Part shown: in pieces, positions 53,261-64,000 of the stretch
Numbering within the stretch: the first letter of the stretch is position 1
How the letters are laid out: every line of letters begins with the position of its first letter
From: Williopsis jadinii
Lineage: Eukaryota
Length of the DNA: 64,000 nt
Assembly: GCA_024346625.1 (NCBI GenBank)
Contig: AP024667.1
Location: 1,302,001-1,366,000 of the forward strand
Reading direction: 5' to 3'
Notes under the pieces: generated by a model
The model's input: only the letters and a program-made list of their open reading frames with translations
Told to the model about the DNA's origin: nothing
The model's database searches: none
Made by a program: the position numbers and the translations under genes

Positions 53261-53306
53261 TATAACATTACATAACATTATATAACATTATATAATATTA
53301 TATAAC
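53261..53306. repeat. 10-bp AT-rich tandem repeat (TATAACATTA, about 4.5 copies)
   Basis: tataacatta cataacatta tataacatta tataatatta tataac. Confidence 0.85.
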
Positions 53307-53501
53307 AGAATACCATACAACGCTGCGTGATACGGTCCCCAGCGCATGTGCTAAATTAGGAAAGTGCATCCCCCCGTCCCCCAATGATTGCTGAAAAACT
53401 TTTCATCGCATCGTCGAATGCTCCTCAGAGAGGCCTCAAGGCTGCTCCGTCTCCATAGTTCCATTAGAACACTCCACTCGGTATCGAAACGGTCAATTGC
53501 A

Positions 53502-54398
53502 ATGAGTGAAACACCAGTGCCAGACAACTTCACACACCCAACGATCAAGGACGGCTGGTTCCGTGAAATCAGTGATACCATGTGGCCCGGCCAGGCGATG
53601 ACCCTCAGAGTCGACAAGGTGCTCCACCATGAGAAGTCCCTGTACCAGGATGTGCTGGTATTCAAGTCCACGGACTACGGTAACGTTCTGGTCTTGGACA
53701 ATGTTATCCAGGCCACGGAGAGAGACGAGTTCTCCTACCAGGAGATGATCACCCACTTGGCTGTCAACTCGCACCCGGACCCTAAGAGGGTGCTCGTCAT
53801 TGGTGGTGGAGATGGTGGTGTGCTCAGAGAGATCGTCAAGCACGACACCGTCGAGGAGGCATGGCTGTGTGACATTGACGAGGCCGTCATCAGAGTGTCC
53901 AAGAAGTACTTGCCGGAGATGTCCAAGTCCTACGAGCACCCAAAGGTGAAGACCCACATTGGAGATGGGTTCAAGTTCCTCGGCGACTACAAGAACTACT
54001 TTGACGTTATCATCACTGACTCCTCTGATCCAGAAGGCCCAGCAGAGTCTCTCTTCAAGAAGTCCTACTTTGAGCTCTTGAGCGGTGCCTTGACAGAGAA
54101 GGGTGTCATCACCACCCAGGCCGAGTCCATGTGGTTGCACTTGCCAATCATCACCGAGCTGAAGAAGGACTGCCAGGAGGTGTTCCCAGTTGCCGAGTAT
54201 GCCTTCACCACCATTCCAACCTATCCTTCCGGCCAGATCGGTTTCATGGTGTGCTCCAAGGACAAGAACGCCAACGTTAAGGTGCCATTGAGATCCGTCT
54301 CTGAAGACGAGGAGGATAGACTCTACAAGTACTACAACAAGCAGGTTCACGAGGCCTCCTTCGTTCTTCCTAACTGGGTCAAGAACGCCTTGAAGTGA
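53502..54398 (+). CDS. SPE3: Spermidine synthase
   Basis: [50 protein letters not shown]. Confidence 0.96.
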   Translation: MSETPVPDNFTHPTIKDGWFREISDTMWPGQAMTLRVDKVLHHEKSLYQDVLVFKSTDYGNVLVLDNVIQATERDEFSYQEMITHLAVNSHPDPKRVLVIGGGDGGVLREIVKHDTVEEAWLCDIDEAVIRVSKKYLPEMSKSYEHPKVKTHIGDGFKFLGDYKNYFDVIITDSSDPEGPAESLFKKSYFELLSGALTEKGVITTQAESMWLHLPIITELKKDCQEVFPVAEYAFTTIPTYPSGQIGFMVCSKDKNANVKVPLRSVSEDEEDRLYKYYNKQVHEASFVLPNWVKNALK

Positions 54399-54776
54399 AG
54401 ATTACACCCGGTTCTTCCGCCTGCTTTGATCCTTCAAGCGTGACTGATTATATATAAATAACTAGTGTTTTCCTTCTTCTTTCACCACCAGTAGCCATCA
54501 GCCACACTCAATTGGCCTCCCACCGTCTTAATAACCAACCTCCACTGCCCACTTCCATACAATTTGCAGGCGATTGGCCTTTTATGTCCAGCGTTCTAAC
54601 GGCTTTGCATCATTTTGGAGACACTCATGTACGGTGCGACTGCCTCGAGAAAGCTTAAAACCCCCAATTGAATAAAGTCCCACGGGGTGAGGAAAGAGAG
54701 AAAAAATGAAAAACTTCAACGTGGAGTCGCCCATATCTTTGACCAACAAGTGCACTGGATCAGGATCAACATACCA

Positions 54777-56027
54777 ATGTCTGCTCTACAGGCCATCAAG
54801 TTCGACCGGGAACTTCTCACACTGTCTGTTCTGGATCAATTGCTCCTACCTTATGCAACAAAGTATATTCCAATCTATACGATAGCAGATGCCTTTGACG
54901 TTATTAAGAGGATGCAAGTTAGAGGAGCACCAGCGATTGCCATTGTTGGCTCTCTTAGTGTTGTCATTGAGCTGAGCCATTTTGTGCAGGGGAAGTTTAG
55001 AGACCAAGGGTATTACGATCTGTTGAACGTCGATAACTTGAAGTTGCAGTTGATCAAGAGACTGGAGTACCTTGTCACGTCAAGACCTACGGCTGTTAAT
55101 CTGGGCAACGCCATTTCTGAGATTACAGCACTTGTTACTGCTTCTCAGGCGACGGGTGTCGATGGTCTCTTCAAGGAGATCCTCCAGTTCGGGTGTGACC
55201 TTATCGACGATGACTATACCAATAACGTCAAGTTGGGAGAAAATGGTAAAAGTTGGATCTTGAGCAAGTTAGAGTCCGAAGGATTTGAAGGCGACTTTGG
55301 CGTCCTGACCATCTGTAACACGGGTTCGCTGGCCACCTCCGGGTACGGTACTGCCCTAGGTGTCATCAGATCTCTTTGGAACCACTCAAAGGGGGAGCGT
55401 TCAGACGAGGAGCCTAGTGGTAAGAGAGCTAAAAAGGCTTTGAAGTTTAGCCGTGCTTATCCCTTGGAGACAAGACCCTATAACCAAGGTGCAAGACTGA
55501 CTGCGTATGAGTTGGTCTACGAAAAGATCCCAGCCACGTTGATTACCGACTCCATGGTTACGTATCTCATCTCCACTTTGGACAAGACAGAGTCTGCAGC
55601 TCCTATTAAGGCCTGTGTCGTTGGTGCCGATAGAATCGTCAAGAACGGTGACACTGCCAACAAGATAGGAACTTATCAACTGGCCCTTATCTGTAGACAA
55701 TTTGGAATCAAATTCCTCGTGGTTGCACCAAAGACCACCATTGATCTCAACACCAAACATGGAGACGATATCGTCGTCGAACAGAGACCATCTGTGGAGT
55801 TACAGAACGTCAGTGGGGGCGTTGTTGATCCAGACACCGGTGAAGTTATAAAGAACCATGAGGGAATCGCCATCACAGGGAAAGTGGGCGTTGCAGCACC
55901 AGGAATCGATGTGTGGAACCCATCGTTTGACATTACACCACACGATCTCATCGATGGTATAGTCACTGAGGATGGTGTTATGGAAAAGGTCAACGGCGAA
56001 TTTGACCTGGGGAGACTCTTCAATTGA
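54777..56027 (+). CDS. MRI1: Methylthioribose-1-phosphate isomerase
   Basis: LDQLLLP, MQVRGAPAI, SRPTAVNL, ICNTGSLAT, ETRPYNQG, GADR, NKIG, NPSFD. Confidence 0.96.
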   Translation: MSALQAIKFDRELLTLSVLDQLLLPYATKYIPIYTIADAFDVIKRMQVRGAPAIAIVGSLSVVIELSHFVQGKFRDQGYYDLLNVDNLKLQLIKRLEYLVTSRPTAVNLGNAISEITALVTASQATGVDGLFKEILQFGCDLIDDDYTNNVKLGENGKSWILSKLESEGFEGDFGVLTICNTGSLATSGYGTALGVIRSLWNHSKGERSDEEPSGKRAKKALKFSRAYPLETRPYNQGARLTAYELVYEKIPATLITDSMVTYLISTLDKTESAAPIKACVVGADRIVKNGDTANKIGTYQLALICRQFGIKFLVVAPKTTIDLNTKHGDDIVVEQRPSVELQNVSGGVVDPDTGEVIKNHEGIAITGKVGVAAPGIDVWNPSFDITPHDLIDGIVTEDGVMEKVNGEFDLGRLFN

Positions 56028-56151
56028 CTGGCCCACTTCCAATAGACTTATAAATCTCTCTATTAACCCATGGTTGACCCCTATTCATAGATATCTCATT
56101 GATATGTCAGTAGTGTATATATCGTTGGAACACCTCTATAGTATTCTGTAA

Positions 56152-56171
56152 CACGTGACCTCTCACGTGAT
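56152..56171. promoter_or_regulatory. Paired CACGTG E-boxes (Cbf1-type) upstream of CHC1
   Basis: acacgtgacc tctcacgtga t. Confidence 0.45.
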
Positions 56172-56683
56172 CGCTTATGTAATCATATATTGCGTGGCTA
56201 TACCGGCTTCTCTTTTCGGAGATTGTGGGCGCAATACAGAACCAACGGGGAAAACTCTTACTGGCCACAAAAACAGCTCTCACCAGCAGCAGGAGCAAAA
56301 AAAAACCGGACACCCTGTAGGGAATTTCCCCTTTCCGCTCAAGGAACTTCACCCACCCCTTTTGAAACTGAAAGAGACCATCAACAACAACAACCAGAAC
56401 AACGGTAAAGAACAGAAAACTACTCACAGCGTTTTCGTTTGCTATTGAGATTTGGTCAAATAACTACAAGGAGAACCCATTGCACTGTCTTACACCTTAA
56501 CCGCCCCATTAGAAGGTGTCTTAGAGCCGTGTTATCGTTGGAATCATACCTTGCCGCCCAGCCCAGAATTGTTTGTTTATTCCTTTGCCATTCACCGCTG
56601 TTACCAACGTCATTGCTCGAAGCAAGAGAGAGAAGCCTGTGTGTGTGTGCTTAGCTGTGCTCGTTGCCTATTAAGAGATCGTA

Positions 56684-59600
56684 ATGAGTGACATTCCTAT
56701 TGAGTTCACGGAGCTCACCGACCTGACGTCGTTGGGCATTAACCCACAGTCGTTGGAGTTCAGATCAACCACTCTTGAGTCCGATCACTATGTCACTGTG
56801 CGTGAGACCGTGAACGGTGCCAACACCGTGGCCATTGTGGACTTGAAGAACGGCAATACCGTTACCAGAAAGAACATGAGTGCGGATAATGCTATCTTGC
56901 ACCCTTCCCAGTTCATCATTTCTCTTAGAGCTAACGGTACCACGCTTCAAATCTTCAACCTGTCCACAAAGGAGAAGCTGAAATCATTCAACATGGGTGA
57001 GCCAGTGATCTTTTGGAAATGGTTGAACGACGAGCAGCTCGGTTTGGTGACCTCTACTGCAGTTTATACTTGGAACATCTTTGACGGTAACGTGTCTTCA
57101 GGCCCAGTTTTGTTGACTCAAAGACACGCAAACTTGAACAATGCGCAAATCATCAACTTTGTCTGTAATGTCAACTTTGATTGGTTTGCCGTTGTCGGAA
57201 TCACCCAAGAAGAAGGACGTATTGCTGGTAAGATCCAATTGTTCTCAAAACAGAGAAACGTCTCGCAAGCCATTGAAGGACACGTTGCTGGATTCAGTAC
57301 CCTGCAATTGGATGGTGGTTCTTCACCAACACAGGTGTTCGTCTGTGGTAACAGAACTGCAACCGGAGGTCAATTGCACATCATTGAGATTGATCACGAT
57401 GCAAACAACCCTCCATTCCACAAGAAGAACGTTGACATCTTCTTCCCACCTGATGCTTCAAACGATTTCCCAATCTCTGTCCAGATATCAAAGAAGTACG
57501 GTGTCGTTTATTTGCTCACAAAATACGGTTTCATCCACTTGTACGACTTGGAGAGTGGCTCAAACTTGTTTGTCAACAGAATCACCGCAACACCTGTCTT
57601 TATTGCCTCTTCTTATGACAGCAACAATGGTATCTTGGCTATCAACAAGTCTGGTCAAGTTCTCGCTGTGGAGATCGCCAAGGATAAGCTTGTCCCATAT
57701 ATCTTGAACAAGTTGAGTAACGTCTCTTTGGCCTTGTCCATGGCTTCTAGAGGTGGATTGCCAGGTGCTGAGAATTTGTTCCTGCAGCAATTTGATAGCC
57801 TTCTGCAAAATGGTGATTATACTAACGCCGCTAAGGTGGCAGCATCATCTGAACAATTGAGAACTCCACAAACTATCCAAAAGTTGAAGAACATTCAAGC
57901 TGCTCCAGGTGCTATCTCTCCAATCTTGCAATACTTCTCTACACTTTTGGATAAGGGTAAATTGAACCAGTTCGAAACTATTGAGCTAGCCAAGCCGGTG
58001 CTACAACAAGACAGAAAACAATTGTTCGAGAAATGGTTGAAGGAGGATAAACTCACCTCATCCGAGGAATTGGGTGACATTGTCAAACCATTCGATGTTC
58101 AATTGGCATTGGCAATTTACTTGAGATCTGAAACACATGCTAAGGTCATTTCATGTTTGGCTGAGTTGGGTCAATTTGACAAGATTGTTCCTTATTGTGA
58201 GAAGGTTGGTTTCCAACCAAACTTCATCGTTTTGATCTCAAACTTGTTGAGAACCAACCCAGATAAGGCCTCTGAATTCGCCATTAGTCTGTTGAACTCC
58301 CCAGCAACCGCTGGTCAAGTTGACGTTGAAAAGATTGCTGATATTTTCTTCTCCCAAAACTACATCCAACAAGGTACCTCCTTTTTGCTTGATGCTTTGA
58401 AGGAAGATTCCCCTAACCAAGGTCACTTGCAAACTAGAGTCTTGGAGATTAACTTATTGCATGCCCCACAAGTTGCTGATGCCATCCTGGGTAATGATAT
58501 GTTCCATCACTATGATAGAGCTACAATTGCCCAATTGGCTGAAAAGGCTGGTTTACCACAAAGAGCTTTGGAGAACTACTCTGACATCAAGGATATCAAG
58601 AGAGTCATTGTCAACGCTCCAACTGTTCCAGCTGACTGGTTGGTTGCTTATTTCGGTAAGTTGAACGTTGATCAGACCATGGTTGTTCTCAGAGAGCTCT
58701 TGGACAAGAACATTGCTCAGAACTTGCAAATTGTAATTCAAGTCGCTACTAAGTACTCTGACTTGCTTGGCTCTGCTGGTCTTATTAAGCTCTTTGAGGA
58801 TTTCAAGTGTTACGAAGGTTTGTACTACTATTTGGCATCTATCGTCAACTTGACTGAGGACAAGGACGTTGTCTTTAAGTACATCCAATCTGCTGCTAAG
58901 CTTGGTCAATTCAAAGAGATTGAACGTATTGTCAAAGACAACAACGTATACGACCCTGAGAAAGTTAAGAACTTTTTGAAGGATGCTGAGCTACAAGATC
59001 AGCTGCCTTTGATTATTGTGTGCGACCGTTTCAACTACGTCCACGACTTGGTCTTGTACTTGTATAAGCATCAATTCTTCAAGTTTATTGAGGTTTACGT
59101 TCAGCAGGTTAACCCATCAAAAACCCCACAGGTGGTTGCGGCTTTGTTGGATGTTGACTGTGACGAAAGCGTTATTCAAAACTTGATCCAGTCTGTCATC
59201 GGTCAGGTCCCAATTGCTGAGTTGACTGCTGAAGTTGAAAAGAGAAACCGTTTGAAACTCTTGTTGCCATTCCTTGAGGCCACTTTGAACTCTGGTGTTC
59301 AAGACCAAGCTGTCTTCAACACACTGGCCAAGATTTACATCGACTCCAACAATAACCCTGAGAAGTTCTTGAAGGAGAATGACAACTATGATACTCTGGA
59401 AGTTGGTCACTACTGTGAAAAGAGAGACCCTTACTTGGCCTACATTGCCTATGAGAAGGGCCACAATGATGAGGAGTTGATCAGAATCACCAATGAAAAC
59501 GCGATGTACAAATACCAAGCCAGATATTTGTTGCAAAGATCTGATCTCAACTTGTGGAACAGAGTTTTGACTTCTGACAACGTTCACAGAAGACAACTGG

Positions 59601-61672
59601 TTGACCAGGTTGTTGCCACTGCTGTACCAGAGGCTACTGATCCAGAACCAGTTTCTTTGACCGTTAAGGCATTCATGGATAACGATTTGACCACTGAGCT
59701 TGTTGAATTACTTGAAAAGATCATCTTGGAACCTTCCACTTTCAGTGAAAACCCGTCTTTGCAAGGTTTATTGATGGTTACTGCCATTAAGGTTGAGCCA
59801 ACCAAGGTTATGTCTTACATCGAGAAGCTGAACGAATTTGACCCAGTTGAGATTGGTGCTCTATGTGTTGAAGCTCAATTATATGATGAAGCCTTTGAGA
59901 TCTATGACAAGAACAAATTGCACTCTAAGGCACTTGCCGTGTTGGTTGAGGATGTTATGTCTTTGGATAGAGGTGAGTCATACGCTGAGAAGATTGACAC
60001 ACCAGAGTTGTGGAGTCAATTGGGTGCTGCCCAATTGAACGGTTTGAGAATCCCAGAAGCTATTGAGTCTTACATCAAGGCAAACGATCCATCCAACTAT
60101 GAGTCGGTTATTGACATTGCTGATTCCGCTGGTAAATACGAAGAATTGGTCAAGTATCTGTTGGCTGCTAGACAAACATTGAAAGAGCCAAAGATTGATG
60201 GTGAGTTGATCATTTCGTACGCTGAATTGGGCAAGCTTGAAGAGATTGAAAAGTTTTTGAATGGTTCCAATGTTGCTGATTTGAACGAGATTGGTGATAA
60301 GCTCTATGATAAGAAGGACTACAAGGCTGCCAAATTGTTGTATGCCTCAGTATCCAACTACTCAAAGTTGGCATCCACACTTGTTTATTTGGACGACTAT
60401 CAATCCGCTGTTGACTGTGCCAGAAAGGCATCCAACGTTAAAGTGTGGAAGCAAGTTAATGATGCTTGCTTAGAGCACCAGGAGTTCCGCTTGGCACAGA
60501 TCTGTGGTTTGAACTTGATTGTTCATGCTGAGGAGTTGGATGAGATGGTTGAGAAGTATGAGAGCTCTGGTCACTTTAACGAATTGATCTCTTTGTTCGA
60601 AGCCGGTTTAGGCTTGGAAAGAGCTCACATGGGTATGTTTACTGAGTTGGCGATCTTGTACACTAAGTACAACCCATCCAAGACCATGGAACACTTGAAG
60701 TTGTTCTGGTCCAGAATCAACATTCCAAAAGTTATCAGGGCTACGGAAAATGCACACCTCTGGCCAGAATTGATCTTCTTGTATGCACATTACGATGAAT
60801 GGGATAACGCTGCCTTGACTATGATTGACAAAGCTGCCGCTGCGTTTGATCACTCTTCATTTAAGGACATCATTGTTAAAGTTGCCAACTTGGAGATCTA
60901 CTACAAGGCTATCAACTTTTACGTTAACGAGCATCCATCTTTGATTACTGATTTGTTGTCTGTTTTAACTCCAAGATTGGATATTCCAAGAACAGTGAGA
61001 ATCTTCCAAAAATCTGATAACTTGCCATTGATCAAACCATTCTTGATCTCTGTGTTGGAGAAGAACAACTCTGTTGTCAACTCTGCCTACCACGATTTGC
61101 TTATTGAGGAGGAAGACCATGAGACTTTAGGTGCAACTGTTGATGCACATGATAAGTTTGACTCCATTGATCTGGCTAGTAGATTGGAGAAGCATGACTT
61201 GATCTTCTTTAGACAAATTGCTGCTCGTTTGTATAGAAACAACAAGAAGTGGAACAAGGCCTTGTCTATTCTTAAAGCAGATCAATTGTGGAAGGATGCC
61301 ATTGAGACCGCTGCTATTTCACAATCTACCGATGTATCTGAAGATTTGTTGTCATACTTTGTTGAAACTGGTAACAACGAGGCCTTTGTTGGATTGTTGT
61401 ACACTGCTTATGATTTGATCCGTTATGACAAGGTTTTGGAATTGGCATGGTTACATGAGTTGGGCGACTACATTAAGCCATACCAAATTACTGTTGAGAG
61501 ACAAAGAAGTGAGCAACTCTCCAAGTTGGTCAAGGATTTGAAAGCCAGAGAAGAAGCAGAGGCTAAGAACTCGGAGCAGCCAACCCTTGGCACTGAAAGA
61601 TTGATGATTACTAATGGTATTCAAGGATTGGGTTACCAACCTACTGGGCAAGGTTTTGGTAACGCATTCTAG
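56684..61672 (+). CDS. CHC1: Clathrin heavy chain
   Basis: MSDIPIEFTEL...; 1662 aa; terminal domain plus CHCR repeats (GLERAHMGMFTEL). Confidence 0.99.
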   Translation: MSDIPIEFTELTDLTSLGINPQSLEFRSTTLESDHYVTVRETVNGANTVAIVDLKNGNTVTRKNMSADNAILHPSQFIISLRANGTTLQIFNLSTKEKLKSFNMGEPVIFWKWLNDEQLGLVTSTAVYTWNIFDGNVSSGPVLLTQRHANLNNAQIINFVCNVNFDWFAVVGITQEEGRIAGKIQLFSKQRNVSQAIEGHVAGFSTLQLDGGSSPTQVFVCGNRTATGGQLHIIEIDHDANNPPFHKKNVDIFFPPDASNDFPISVQISKKYGVVYLLTKYGFIHLYDLESGSNLFVNRITATPVFIASSYDSNNGILAINKSGQVLAVEIAKDKLVPYILNKLSNVSLALSMASRGGLPGAENLFLQQFDSLLQNGDYTNAAKVAASSEQLRTPQTIQKLKNIQAAPGAISPILQYFSTLLDKGKLNQFETIELAKPVLQQDRKQLFEKWLKEDKLTSSEELGDIVKPFDVQLALAIYLRSETHAKVISCLAELGQFDKIVPYCEKVGFQPNFIVLISNLLRTNPDKASEFAISLLNSPATAGQVDVEKIADIFFSQNYIQQGTSFLLDALKEDSPNQGHLQTRVLEINLLHAPQVADAILGNDMFHHYDRATIAQLAEKAGLPQRALENYSDIKDIKRVIVNAPTVPADWLVAYFGKLNVDQTMVVLRELLDKNIAQNLQIVIQVATKYSDLLGSAGLIKLFEDFKCYEGLYYYLASIVNLTEDKDVVFKYIQSAAKLGQFKEIERIVKDNNVYDPEKVKNFLKDAELQDQLPLIIVCDRFNYVHDLVLYLYKHQFFKFIEVYVQQVNPSKTPQVVAALLDVDCDESVIQNLIQSVIGQVPIAELTAEVEKRNRLKLLLPFLEATLNSGVQDQAVFNTLAKIYIDSNNNPEKFLKENDNYDTLEVGHYCEKRDPYLAYIAYEKGHNDEELIRITNENAMYKYQARYLLQRSDLNLWNRVLTSDNVHRRQLVDQVVATAVPEATDPEPVSLTVKAFMDNDLTTELVELLEKIILEPSTFSENPSLQGLLMVTAIKVEPTKVMSYIEKLNEFDPVEIGALCVEAQLYDEAFEIYDKNKLHSKALAVLVEDVMSLDRGESYAEKIDTPELWSQLGAAQLNGLRIPEAIESYIKANDPSNYESVIDIADSAGKYEELVKYLLAARQTLKEPKIDGELIISYAELGKLEEIEKFLNGSNVADLNEIGDKLYDKKDYKAAKLLYASVSNYSKLASTLVYLDDYQSAVDCARKASNVKVWKQVNDACLEHQEFRLAQICGLNLIVHAEELDEMVEKYESSGHFNELISLFEAGLGLERAHMGMFTELAILYTKYNPSKTMEHLKLFWSRINIPKVIRATENAHLWPELIFLYAHYDEWDNAALTMIDKAAAAFDHSSFKDIIVKVANLEIYYKAINFYVNEHPSLITDLLSVLTPRLDIPRTVRIFQKSDNLPLIKPFLISVLEKNNSVVNSAYHDLLIEEEDHETLGATVDAHDKFDSIDLASRLEKHDLIFFRQIAARLYRNNKKWNKALSILKADQLWKDAIETAAISQSTDVSEDLLSYFVETGNNEAFVGLLYTAYDLIRYDKVLELAWLHELGDYIKPYQITVERQRSEQLSKLVKDLKAREEAEAKNSEQPTLGTERLMITNGIQGLGYQPTGQGFGNAF

Positions 61673-62299
61673 ATGAGTCGTTAGAAGCTGTGTGTGGTTA
61701 TTTTAGAAAAGTGAAAATGAAACAAGAGAACGACGTTTGATTCGATGTCGACTGACTTGTACAAAATTTTGTGTTTCCGTTGACTATACAGGTTAGATTG
61801 AGTTGATAAAGATTTAAAAGTCCTGAGAAATATTTTGTATTTGAAAAGAAGTATAATATATGATTGCTTCAACTGAGCTAAGTCGTGGCATACTGTTGTA
61901 GTGTCACGTCCATGTGTTCCTCTTTGAGATTCACATCTATACACCAATTCTGGAGTTCCATTACAGCAGACTGTACCGTGATGTACAAACTGCTGTGATG
62001 GAAGACAGAAACATCAACAATAGTTTTGGAACTATCATAACACTCAGGAGAATGTAATGCTGAGCACTGAGTTCATTCAACGGCCGGGATCGTCATCATG
62101 CTCGAGGAGGGTGTACTAATGCTGGTTTACCATCACATCAATGTTGATCTTGATTATGGCAATAAAGGAGAACTATCTTGGAGGTGGAAAGGTGATATAT
62201 CTATACCAATCAGAGGTTAACATCTAGTATTTGATGCCTGCTTGCTTTCTACACATACAGTTGTGATCTGTTACTTTCATCGCACAACCGCGTGCTCAT

Positions 62300-62916
62300 A
62301 GTAACAGGACAGCATCATATTCCATTACTGGTGAAGTTTCTGACCCCGACGTATCTGTTGGGAACTTGGAAGATATTGGTTCTGGGCCTAAGCCCAGTAG
62401 TAGGTCTTGACTGCTGAACCTGGGTTTATTATACTACTGCTGGTGGATATGAGTCTGGGTCAGCTACTCAACCACCTTCGGAGTTGGGTGAAGATGGCTT
62501 GTGTCACCATCTCATGCGAAGTTTGTAAAGTGGGTGCTGAAACCATCACCAGGACCGTTAATCTTGAGGATGAATATTACGATGTGATAATCAGTGAGAC
62601 AAAGCCAATCGTTGCTACTCCTGTTGGTGCAGTTCACACTACTGGTGTTGTTGAGACTCACGATACTGGTACTAGGGTTGTTTTAACGCTGCGACTTATG
62701 GTAATACAGTTGGAGGGCCATCTAGGAATGCCGTCGTTCGTGAAAGCTCGGTGCTGCTGTCAATGAGATTGTTAAACTACCAAGTCTGGTATTAGTGAGG
62801 TTGTTGGTGAACCTACCACCAAATACACAGCTTCTGAGAGTGCTGAGACTACAAAGGCCAGAGCTGCTGCTCCTTTAGCCCTTCTTGTCGCTGTTGCACC
62901 AACTTTGAACCATTGA
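62300..62916 (+). pseudogene. Possible decayed Ser/Thr-rich GPI-anchored cell-wall gene
   Basis: Frameshifted fragments CVTISCEVCKVGAETITRTV, KPIVATPVGAVHTTGVVET and TTKSGISEVVGEPTTKYTASESAETTKARAAAPLALLVAVAPTLNH* (hydrophobic tail); no continuous ORF. Confidence 0.45.
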
Positions 62917-63290
62917 GGATCACGTTCCAAATATTGGTTTCCTGCTGGTAAGCTCACTCTTCTATTTATAAGAACTATACCGTGAGCTAAAACTTTCAAG
63001 TGTATTTGAATTGAAAAGACTCATACTGAGTTTAAAGAAACACTTTACTATCTAACAATCCACTGTGAGGCATTGAAGACCCCAGAAATGTACGCTAATT
63101 CTTGTCATCTCTTGGTTCCATGACTCTCTCTCACATATACAACATCGATTGTTGATAATATCTATTCGATTGTCCATATACACATGTTGAAGCGACTCTG
63201 TAGCGCATCATATAGAGAATTTGTAGTGTTTTAAACAGCTGCTATTCTCACTCCTATGACACATCTCCATCACTACCAAAGAAAAAGGTG

Positions 63291-63383
63291 GGCACTTTGG
63301 CCGAGTGGTTAAGGCGAAAGACTTGAATCTATTCGAGTGATCTTTTGGGATTTCCCGCGCAGGTTCGAACCCTGCAAGTGTCG
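63291..63383 (+). tRNA. tRNA-Ser(UGA) with a 12-nt intron (63328-63339)
   Basis: Acceptor stem GGCACTT/AAGTGTC, A-box TGGCCGAGTGG, anticodon stem AAAGA/TCTTT, anticodon TGA at 63324-63326, long variable arm, B-box GGTTCGAAC, discriminator G, downstream T-run. Confidence 0.94.
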
Positions 63384-63613
63384 ATATTTTTTTTTCTGCC
63401 CGATGAAGCCGAAGCGGTTACCCGGTCGATAATAGCCTCCATCAGATGGTGTTTGGATGTTTACGACCCCATACCTAATTATCACCAGATATCAACACTA
63501 TTACCTCTAAAGAGAGCTACATCATACGCCTTGATAGACCCGTATGTAAAGTGCTGTATTTGGTAGTATAATGTGTTCTCCCTTCTTTGGTGGATGGTTT
63601 CCCTGTTGTGCCA

Positions 63614-64000
63614 CTACAATTTGAACTGCTGTGCAATCTTGATGCCAGTAGCTACGTTTTGAACCCTTGAATCAATCTTATAACCTTCTCTGTGCAACTG
63701 TTCAAGTTGTTCGCTAAGAGTTGCCATTGGCACAGTAAAGATCTCGATGAATTCGCCATCTTCCAGCTGTGGCACTGGATTCTTATTTCTCTCGTCTTCA
63801 AGGTCAATCTTCACAGTAACCAGGTTCAAATTGGTGTTACAGAACCCCGGATCCGTGTAGATCACCATGCTCTTGGATAGCACCGTCCCATGGTAGCCGG
63901 TTTCCTCCTTCAGCTCTCTGATCGCAGTGGTTTCCACGGATTCGTTGGGATCAACCAACCCGGCAGGCATCTCGATACACACGCCGCACGTTGGTGGCCT
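63614..64000 (-). CDS. YSA1: ADP-ribose diphosphatase (Nudix); 5' part outside the window
   Basis: RPP..GVCIEMPAGLVD...AIRELKEETGY, DPGFCNTN, LEDGEFIE. Confidence 0.9.
   Translation of the reverse strand, partial: RPPTCGVCIEMPAGLVDPNESVETTAIRELKEETGYHGTVLSKSMVIYTDPGFCNTNLNLVTVKIDLEDERNKNPVPQLEDGEFIEIFTVPMATLSEQLEQLHREGYKIDSRVQNVATGIKIAQQFKL

Overview
Gene-dense budding-yeast (Saccharomycotina) chromosomal DNA in the standard genetic code: CTG occurs at conserved Leu positions, e.g. in ARB1 and PCD1. Intron style and gene order suggest a pre-whole-genome-duplication lineage, possibly Phaffomycetales such as Cyberlindnera (inference only). There are about 34 protein-coding genes, mostly housekeeping genes in recognisable ancestral neighbourhoods (EDC2-YER034W-ARB1-FIR1-ZRG8; SLC1-LHP1-PSY3-KNH1; IML3-AIM3-CMD1-ALG1; HOS1-SPE3), plus one intron-containing tRNA-Ser(UGA) and a probable decayed cell-wall gene. 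The most unusual region is 5.9-13.2 kb, a candidate sulfur-metabolism cluster. It holds two diverged cysteine-synthase-fold PLP enzymes with altered substrate motifs and two intron-containing methionine sulfoxide reductase A paralogs that the ORF track splits into fragments. It also has Met31/32-, Cbf1- and Gcn4-type motifs and a higher-order 19/20-bp minisatellite. A second highlight is a PSY3 gene whose reading frame is restored only by splicing at a non-canonical CGG acceptor. Gene names come from recalled motifs and synteny; no database searches were run.
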